In this document: piece after piece, positions 47,514 through 64,000 of the stretch
Position numbering within the stretch: the stretch's first letter is position 1
Layout: each line of letters starts with the position of its first letter
Assembly: GCA_964016885.1 (NCBI GenBank)
Contig: OZ024755.1
Location: forward strand, 9,796,001-9,860,000
DNA from: Eledone cirrhosa
Taxonomy: Eukaryota
Length of the DNA stretch: 64,000 nt
Direction: 5' to 3'
Program-made: the position numbers and the translations under genes
The notes under the pieces: model-generated
Database searches by the model: none
What the model was told of the DNA's origin: nothing
Seen by the model: the letters and a program-made list of their open reading frames with translations, nothing else

Positions 47514-50061
47514 ATATAAGCATGGCTTGGTGGTTAGAGCATTGGACTTGCAATCGAAAGGTTGTGAATTCAATTCTCGGACCGGGTGATGTGTTGTTTC
47601 CTTGAGCAAGACACTTTATTTCACGTTGCTCCAGTTTACTCAACTGTAGAAATGAGTTGCGACGTCGTCACTGGTGCCAAGCTGTATCGGCCATTGCCTT
47701 TTCCTTGGACCTCATCGGTGGCGTAGAGAGGGGAGACTGGTAGGCATGGGCGACTATTGGTTTTCCACAAACAACCTTGCCTGGACTTGTTTATCGGAGG
47801 AAAACTTTCTAGGTGCAAATCCCATGGTCATTCGTGACCGAAGGGGCTCTTTACCTATATATATATATATATTACACACACAAAGAAACAAGAAACGGTT
47901 CCTCGTGTATACTAAATATGCTGAACTGAAAAATTTGCCGATCTTTCGTCTTATATATATAAATATAACCTAAGTTTCACTTTAAAATGTTTTGTATATC
48001 GACCGTTATGTATGTTTCACAGATGATTCGCTCGAGATCCTCATCGATATGGATTTCGAGCGAATCGTCTGTGAAACATGGAGCAGTCGTTATACAATAA
48101 CATTTTAAAGTGAAATTTCCTTATCTCAAACTTCATATATACACTCTGCTTACATTGGTGCCACCTCAAATAAACAACCACTGTACAAATAACCTATCAA
48201 AAGCTATTGATATTCAATGACCTACTATATCTAATGGCCTATCAAAGTCTATTGATATCCAATGACCTATCATAGATTACTGATATCCAATGACCTTTCG
48301 TGAGCTACTGATATCCAATGATCTATCATAGGTTGTTAATATCCAAGACTCACACATATATTTTCTTTAAACAGGGCTCATGTGTATATCACCGACCTGG
48401 AGAGTTATATACCACTTATGCAGACAAACATTGATGAAAACAGTGACCACACAACTGGTGTTATTGAAGCTAGAACTCTTAATTGGTTGAACTTTGATTT
48501 CGCCTGTCCAGGACTTGACTATATTCTTGTCTCTGACTGTATATACTATTCTGAAGTAAGTACTATTTATTTATTGCTCTGCCTTCTAAATTGTTTCAAT
48601 TGTTTCATTGGCCACTGCATAAATACACACACACACACTCTCTCTCTTTCTGATTATTCTCAAATTTGTATTATTTATATAAAATTAAAACACAAAGAAG
48701 ATGCAGTTTATGAAGTAACATTGGTTAATACTTCTGGAAGAGAAGCACAAAGTTATATTTAACTATTAATAATTTAAGAAGTTAATATTTCAAGTGAAAA
48801 CATATTTACACAATTACAGCTTTTCCTCCTAAACTAACTTAATATTTGATTATGTTGTCATATAAACTATTTCTATTAATTACAGTCTGTAAAACCCCTT
48901 GTTGACACCATTGCTCGTTTGAGTGAGCAGAAAACTGTTGTCTTGTGTAGTTATGAAGAAAGAACAACAGGAAAAAATCCAGAACTCCAGCGTGAATTCT
49001 TTGAGGTAAATCATTATAAATAACTCTGTAGAACGGTAGTGCTGTAGTCATGATACACCCAGTACACTCTGTATACTGATAGTGCCAGTATCATGATAAA
49101 ATACACCTATTACACTCTGGAAAGTGTTGGTGTTGGTGCCATGATAAAATGTACCCATTACATTCTGTAGAGTCAGTGTCATCATAAAACATCCTGTAAC
49201 TCTGTAAAATGATAATGCCAGTGTCATGATAAAACGCTCCCAGTACACTCTGCAAAAGTTTAATGCTGGTTTCATGATAAAATCCACCCATTACATTCTG
49301 TAAAAGCCATTGGTAATAGACAGGGCATCAAGCAGTAGAAACCATGCTTAAACTGAGACAAATGTGACATGGCCTCCAATTTGTCTAACCTATGCTAGTA
49401 TGAAAAAATCGATGTTAAATGCTGAGATGATGATGTATATCATCCAGGTACCAAGGCATCTTTTTTGAGGCAATGTTATAGGACCATATATCCTTCCTGG
49501 CACTTCTTATAAGGCATGCTGAGATACAATGTACCTATTCTACATCGGATACACAGACTATGTATGTTCTTCAATGGAGTTCCATTTTGTATCAGTGGTT
49601 ATTCAGTGTAAAATACCTAACTATAACTATTTAATTGCTGTTTAACTCTTCGTTACCATATTTCTGATGAAAGTAATTAAGAATTTGAAAAAATTTAGTA
49701 AAATTTCTAACATTCTCATAATTTATCTGGTGGATGGAACATAACTCAACAAAGGTTCTAACATAAAACTATGATAGAAGGTTTATAGATAAATACAAAC
49801 ACTTTGAAATAACAAGCTCTATATCATAGAACCAAGGAAGGTTCAATCAGTTTAATATCAAAAGGATAAATAATACAAATGTGTTTATTTTTAAGAAAGG
49901 AAAATGCAACCAATTTGTTCATTTAAAAGAAATTTTTTTTATATTTTGCTTTTCAGTTGATGGAAGCAAAGTTTAATGTTGAAGAAATCCCCAAAGGCCA
50001 TCAAGATGAATTCTACTGCAGTTCTGATATTCATATCATGAAGTTCACCAAAAAAACTTAA
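45954..50061 (+). CDS. VCPKMT: Protein-lysine methyltransferase METTL21D (VCP-KMT), 214 aa, 4 exons
   Basis: Exons 45954-46192, 48375-48555, 48886-49005, 49957-50061 (645 nt). Motifs GDVGCVIWDAAIVLAKYLE, VLELGAGTG, ITDL, DYILVSDCIYY, CSYEERTTGKNPELQREFF, YCSSDIHI. Confidence 0.94.
47252..47953. repeat. Perfect 83-bp inverted repeat (47252-47334 / 47871-47953) in VCPKMT intron 1
   Basis: Arms compared base by base with no mismatch found: TAAGACGAAAGATCGGCAAATTTTTCAG...TTTGTGTGTGTAAT. Confidence 0.93.
47518..47855 (+). mobile_element. Full-length tRNA-derived SINE (second family)
   Basis: A-box TGGCTTGGTGG, B-box-like GAATTCAATTC, core CCTTGAGCAAGACACTTTATTTCAC..GCTCCAGT. Related partial copies at ~17560, 21740-21865 (-), 36820-36940 (-), 60020. 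Confidence 0.8.
47975..48115. repeat. Imperfect ~140-nt fold-back
   Basis: Inner stem 48012-48040 / 48051-48079 (27 Watson-Crick plus 2 G-T pairs on the + strand); outer TTTCACTTTAAAATGTT / AACATTTTAAAGTGAAA. Confidence 0.9.
48190..48345. repeat. ~30-bp tandem repeat (CTA(T/C)TGATATCCAATGACCTATCA), about 5 copies
   Basis: Directly visible, just upstream of the VCPKMT exon 2 acceptor. Confidence 0.8.
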
Positions 50062-51162
50062 TTCTTATTGAACAAGATACTAATTCAACTCTTTCAGTAT
50101 TCAACTAAGACAAAATATTACAGATGTTTTGTATATGTCTCATTGTTATTACACCAACTTGTGAATCTGGACACAGATTATATATTAATATATATACCTT
50201 CAATGAAGGTGGCTGTAACTTGCTGTTTTATAACAGCACAATCTATTTTAAAACTTTACTTGTTATTTGCATCATTGTTTGTAACTAGCATCTGTCATGT
50301 CATTCATTACACTTCAGATTCTAAAAAATTTTAACTCTTTCATTACTACATTTTTAATGAAAGACACTGCCTATGATTTTCAACTAATTTTGAAAATAAT
50401 CACGAATTGGTGGGGATTTAGTAATAAAGCTAACTTTCTCATTATTAAGTTGACTTAATCATTTTGCTGTTATTTTTAATATGTGTGAGAGATGTCAGTT
50501 CGATTCCCATGCATGCTAGTGCCCACTTTTTTCCATTATGTGGGTTCATAAGCTCTAATATTAGTTTATTTTCTATAGTCAATTATATGGTAAAAACTTC
50601 GAATTCTATTTTAAATTGCTACCATATTCCAAATTACACGTGCTTATATATTTACTGCTATTAATTTTACAGCTTCTAAATTTTAAAGAAAAAATAGGGT
50701 AGGTATGTTAATGTAATCAACTAGCACACATATTGTGAAAATAAGAGGTGTGGTTTCAATTCCCCTGCATGCTAAAGCCCATTTTTCTGTTATGGAAGTT
50801 CATATGCCCTAATATTAGACTATTTTCTGTAGTGAATATATGGTGAAAGCTTCTAGTTCTATTTTCACATGTGCATAAACAGTTTAGTATCTTAAAGCCA
50901 GGAGTACTTTCAGACTGTTTGATATCAAAAGGATTGAATGAACTAATCAGTATTTAAAATATTTATCATAATTTTAATACATTTTAATACAAGACAAAGA
51001 ACAACAAAATGAACATAGTATTGTTATATATTTGTTTCTCACAGTTATTTTTTCTGGTACACACATGTGTATATATGTGTGTGTGTATGTATATATATGT
51101 ATATAATCATATATGTGCGTGTGTATATAATTATATAATATATGTTATTGGCTTGCACTTTC

Positions 51163-54100
51163 TTAATTCATGTTTAGTTTAAATCTTAAACCTGTGGCTG
51201 TTTGCTTGTGGAAATCTCCATCCCATAATTGCTTCATTGTGTCACAAAACTGTCCTTTACCTTCCAATCTGTAAGGAAAGATAAAAGAAAATTTTCTCTT
51301 TCAGATAATATTTATTTTGGAAAATATTGATTAAATAATCAATTAATTATTACTGATTTTGGAGGTGGGGTGATAACTTTTAAGCCATAACTCTTGATGT
51401 AACTATAGGGTTACCATTATTTCATAGTGTTTTTGGGGCATTTTTAAAACCTGGCAGAGTAGAAGACAGCACTATGACAATCACATTAAAAAAATAAAGT
51501 TTAATGATCTGTTCACTAGTAAAGATATTCTAAATCTTTGAACATTTTAAACATAGAGTGGAAAAGTCATTGAGAAGGTTACAGAATATGACAAATAACC
51601 ATTTTATTGTGAAACTAACTAATGAATGAATTTGTTACGACAAATAATGGTTTCTAAGTTAGTCACAAGTCCAGCAATTTTGGGGGAATGGAAGGTTACT
51701 TAAATCAACTCCAGTATTTGACTGGTACTTTATTTTATCAACCTCAGAAGGATGAAAGACAAAGTCAACCTCAGCAGGATTTAAATTCAAAATGTAAAGA
51801 ACTGCTTTTGTTGTCTGGCTACTAATAAAAATCAAAGTAAAACTCAACTGGTATGGGTATTTCAGCAGCATAATACTCCCAAAGTACAACATATCTGTTT
51901 CAACACTTGATTTCACATAAAAATATCTTTCAAAAAAATATGAAAAACATTGGGAAAATTTGAAATGTAGTCGTCCAAATGCAAATGAGTAAAATAATAG
52001 TTGATCACCATCATCATCATCATTTAATATTTGCTCTACCTGCTAGCAAGGGTTGGATGGGTCTACATAGATTGAGTCAGTACTGAAGTGGGGCTACTGA
52101 CCTCTCAGACAGGCTGAGGGGTCTGCATCACTATAAATAATAATTGAGAAAATCAAGTAAGGTACCTTTGAAGAAGGAAAAGTGGACAGAGACGTCTCTG
52201 TCTATTTTTTTTCTATCTCTAGGGGCACTTTACCTGATTTACTCAACTATTATTAAAGTCGGACAACTACGTTTCAATTTTTGATAGTTTTTTGTGAGTC
52301 TTTTGCTTAAAAATAGACATACTTATTTCTAACAAAATTTCCTTTAACATAAGAGCCATTAGCCCATTTGTAAGTCCCTTCTCCATGGAATTGGTTATTG
52401 AGAAAACCTCCTTCATACACATCTCCTGAAGAATGTTTCAACAGACCTTGGCCATCCATTGCATCATCCTTCCACATGCCATGATAAACGGTGCCTTCAG
52501 CTGCAATGTGTTTACCATTCCCAGATCTTTGTACATTCCCATCTGGAGTGTACACAAACTGTCCTTCTGCAAGAGAATAGAAGTATATTCAGCTGGTGGA
52601 CTAATACAACAACCACACCCAGCACCAGGGTATTTAGCAGCCTAGGCTAGCTCTACAATATGCATCCCTCTCCCAGATATGCACTCCATTTTCTCAAATA
52701 AAATTATTTCAATTTACAGTTTGGTAATTTGACATTTGTTGCTCAGATCACACCTAGAAAACTACTTGAACCAGTAATAGAAGCTATCATCATCATCGTT
52801 TAAAGTCTACTTTCCACGCTAGCATGAGTTAGACGGTTTGTCCCATTTGAGGCAAGTGTCACATGCACCTAGTACACTCTGTGAAGTCATTGGCATTAGG
52901 AGTGACATCCAGCTGTAGAAATCATGTTAAACAAAGGTTTGAGAGGACTCAACAGTTATAGCAAGGGCACCAAAATAAAATGCATCTAGTGCCCCACCAT
53001 CCACCCCAGTAAAGTGGTTGGAATTATAAAGGAACTCAGTTGTAGAAACCCTACCAAACAATAGATTGAGAGGACCTTTCAGCCATGTAAAGGACATGAC
53101 AATCTCCCAAGTGAAATATGTGTAAACTTAAACACAGGACCTTGGCTCATTTGAAAGGTCAAAAGCTTTGATTAAGTACTGACTACGCCTGCGATGACCC
53201 ATCCAACACATGTAAGCATGAATAAGTAGATATTGAATGACGATGATGATTATTATCATCTTTGTAACATTTTTTACTTACCATATCTATCTCCATTGGG
53301 GAAAATATAAGCATTATCATAAGTTATAGGTTTCTCCGCTCCTTCATGGTTTTTTTCCTTTACTGGAAAACAAATAAAAGATAGTTTAATTATTTCAAAT
53401 TCAATAAACATTGGCTTGTATCTACAGTTGTTTCTTGAAGGATAGGAATAAAGATCTTTCATATGGTGGTGAAGTGGCAGAGTCATTAATGCTGCACCAG
53501 ATGATATGCTTCATTATTGGTTCTGACCCACTGCATGCTAAGTTCAAATCCTGTCATGGTTAACTTTGCTTTTAATCCTGTAGTGGTCAATAAATTAAGT
53601 ACCAGTCCAGTGGCGCTGAAGAGTCAAACAACGTGTCTAGCAGTGTCTGAATCAGCTCTACAGGTTCTGCCTCCTTCTGCAAGGAGTTGCTATCAACAGA
53701 TAGGAATAGCTATGGAAAGACCAATGGCTCCATCTGACAATCAACCATCCATATGTGCTTTAGCACCATAGCTGATTTCAAATCATCCTTATCATTGTTT
53801 TACGTCCTTTCACACTAGTATGGGTTGGACAAGTTATTACAGTCATAGACTTGAAGGGTCAGAGAGATATCATCTTGTTCATATGTTCCATATTTGGCAT
53901 GCTTTCTACAGCTGGATACCCTTCATAATGCCAGCTACTTTACAGAGAGTACTGGGTGCTTTTATTGTGGCACCAACACTACTTTACAGAGTGTACTGAG
54001 ATCATTTTATCATGGCACCAGCACTACCACTTTGCAGAGTATATTGGGTGCATTTTATCATGGCATCAGCATGAAGTCATATGCGTGGGCAGTCTCTTGC

Positions 54101-55017
54101 ATTCTCTGATCTCCAACCACATTACAGAGTGTGTTGGTTCCCCAACCACGTTACAGAGTTTAAGGTAAAATTGATATGAAAGGCCTGTAATAGGTGGTGT
54201 AGCGATTTTTAAACTATTGCAAAATGAGTGCATGGTGAATTAGCGGTGTAGCGAGAACTGGATAGAATGATTTGGGTTATTTGTCCCGGATCTTTGAGCT
54301 CTGAGTTCAAGTCCCACAGAGGTCAACTTTGCCTTTTATCTCAGAAAAAGATATATAAAAAAAAAGTGACATATTCTCCATGAAACGTAATATTGTAGAA
54401 ATTATCGATATAATAATAATCTAAAATCAGTCAGAGTGGTTCTGTGAAACTAGTTATAAACCAAGAAACTAGATTAGCTTGGTTTCTGAATATAAACAAA
54501 AGTGGTAAGTAAATATATGTTGATAAGACTCTTTAAAAGTTGGGAAATATATATGAAAATACATTCTAGATAATAAGTAGACAGAAAATAATAGACTAAA
54601 TTCTATAGCCCTTCTATATATTGAGGTGAAAGTAAAATTTGCTGAAAAAAAACGGACTTTACTAATGTGTGATAATGGATTGAATATATCTATATATTTA
54701 CTTTTAAATTTCATCTATAAACAAAATTTATATTAGTAGATAGAAATTTATTTTTAATTTTCTTTTCTTTTTCCATTCACTTTTTTTAATTACAATTGTT
54801 TAATCAAGATATCCGGTACATCGGATCTCCTAGTTGTACTTTCACTTCAATATAGAAGGCTTATAGGATTTTGCCGGAAAGCAATCACACATTGAAGAAA
54901 TATTACTGATAAATAAATAAATAAATAAAATAAAATTAATTAAAAAATCCCGAAAATTATACTCTAGATCCTTTGGTACCTACGCTTCAAGGGGACTTTT
55001 TTGCTTTTAACAGCCAT
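51163..55017 (-). CDS. MORN2: MORN repeat-containing protein 2, 154 aa, 4 exons
   Basis: Exons 55017-54984, 53362-53282, 52566-52323, 51268-51163 (465 nt, phases consistent). YIFPNGDRYEG, MORN repeats (YHGMWKDDAMDGQG; YEGGFLNNQFHGEGTYKWANG), C-terminus WDGDFHKQTATGLRFKLNMN. Exon 1 is the least certain. Confidence 0.9.
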
Positions 55018-55023
55018 TGTTAT

Positions 55024-55037
55024 GTTGTCATAGTAAC
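55024..55037. promoter_or_regulatory. RFX X-box immediately upstream of MORN2
   Basis: GTTGTC-AT-AGTAAC fits the X-box pattern GTNRYC-N2-RGYAAC, 6 nt from the ATG. Confidence 0.6.
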
Positions 55038-55439
55038 AGTAATTATATTAATTGTATTTTCGTAATTATTAAATATAATGCATTGTAAATATTTTTTAAT
55101 TTGTTCGAAATAATGAATATAATATCATTTTATAATTTGTTACGATGGGTATAACTTAAAATATTACGGTTATTAATTATAACAATTTTAGAACACCGGT
55201 ATTAGTAATTGTAGTTCCGTATCTAATTTCTACATAAATTATTTGTTTAAGATAATAAAAGTATTACATATTTTAATTGTAAGATTGATTTTAAAACCAG
55301 TTTTTAGATAGTATTATATAATATTTAAATCTATTTGTATAAAAGTGGGCGATTCCATCGGAACTGCGGCGTGTTTGTTTCTACTGACCTTGACTGGTTG
55401 GGGTAGTGAAACTCCGAGGACTAAGATTGTTCTTACAAA

Positions 55440-63101
<7,662 letters not shown>

Positions 63102-64000
63102 GTAAGTTTTTTTTTTTTTTTTTTTTCTATTTATTTGTTAAAGTATCGGATTAAATATCTTGCTGTTTATGTGTTCTGAGTTCAATAAATAACATATCAA
63201 TCTAGAGTGGTTGGCATTAGGAAGGGCTTCCAGCTGTAGAAACCTTGCCAAACAGTTGAAGACTCATCAGTTGTGTTAGACACCTACCTCAGTGTTGCTG
63301 CTACAATAAACTGCACCCAATACACTCTGTAAAGTTGGTGATGGAAAGGGCTTCCAGCTGTAGAAACCATACTAAATAATTGAGAGGACTTTTCAGTTAT
63401 GTGTAAGATATAACCTTCCTAGTGCTGGTGACATGATAAAATGCATCCAACTCATTGTGTATAATGTGAGAATCTATGTAAGAAAGATGTAGCTCTTGAC
63501 CCATCTCAGAGGTCAGTGACATTGATTACATATCAAATCTCCTTATCACTTTCTCACCCTTCCCTTTCGGCCAATTTTAAAATGTCTAAGACATGCTGTA
63601 TCATGACCTTGAATCTACTACCTGAGAATAGTTAGTTTAGAGTGGACTCTTCTAAAGATCCAAGGATCAGTTGATGTTACCTTGAGCAACACCTTAAGTC
63701 TGCTACCTGAGGTTAGTCACAGTCTGACAGGTTTTCAGTTATATCTATTTAATTTCACTTAGAAAGTTTATGTCAACTGATGTTATGGTACTTAGTAATA
63801 CTCCATACATGAAATATGTTTACACTATCCATTGATCCTTTACTCTGATGGCGTAATAGGAGTAGTATCATGACATACAGCATGTCTTGGGCATTTAAAC
63901 CTGGCAATTTCTTCCCGATAAATAGAAGAAAAGATAGAGAGGAAGGATCAACCCTATTATTGAAATGGTACTTTACCTTTCACCCTTTCAACACCAATAA

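Overview
AT-rich eukaryotic genomic DNA with spliceosomal introns, dense (TA)n/(CA)n microsatellites and many SINE/LINE/MITE remnants. The repeat landscape looks like an octopus (coleoid cephalopod); this is my inference, not a database result. Six protein-coding genes can be reconstructed by hand with consistent GT-AG splice phases: YOD1/OTU1 (+, one coding exon), then a compact alternating cluster of NAMPT (+, 9 exons), RDM1 (-, 6), VCPKMT/METTL21D (+, 4), MORN2 (-, 4) and DLAT (+, first 7 exons, running off the window). The probable 5' end of an unidentified minus-strand transcript lies at 11-13 kb. Mobile DNA includes a deleted mariner, a Sola-like relic, CRE/CR1/RTE/Tx1 LINE fragments, tRNA-SINEs with TSDs and several MITEs. 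Best leads: (1) short (TA)n-embedded, often fold-back modules carrying the 3' half of a type I hammerhead ribozyme; (2) long near-perfect inverted repeats, some nested, in first introns and intergenic DNA; (3) codons near the YOD1 and NAMPT catalytic sites where one A-to-G change, as from A-to-I editing, would restore the human residue. None of these is proven from sequence alone.
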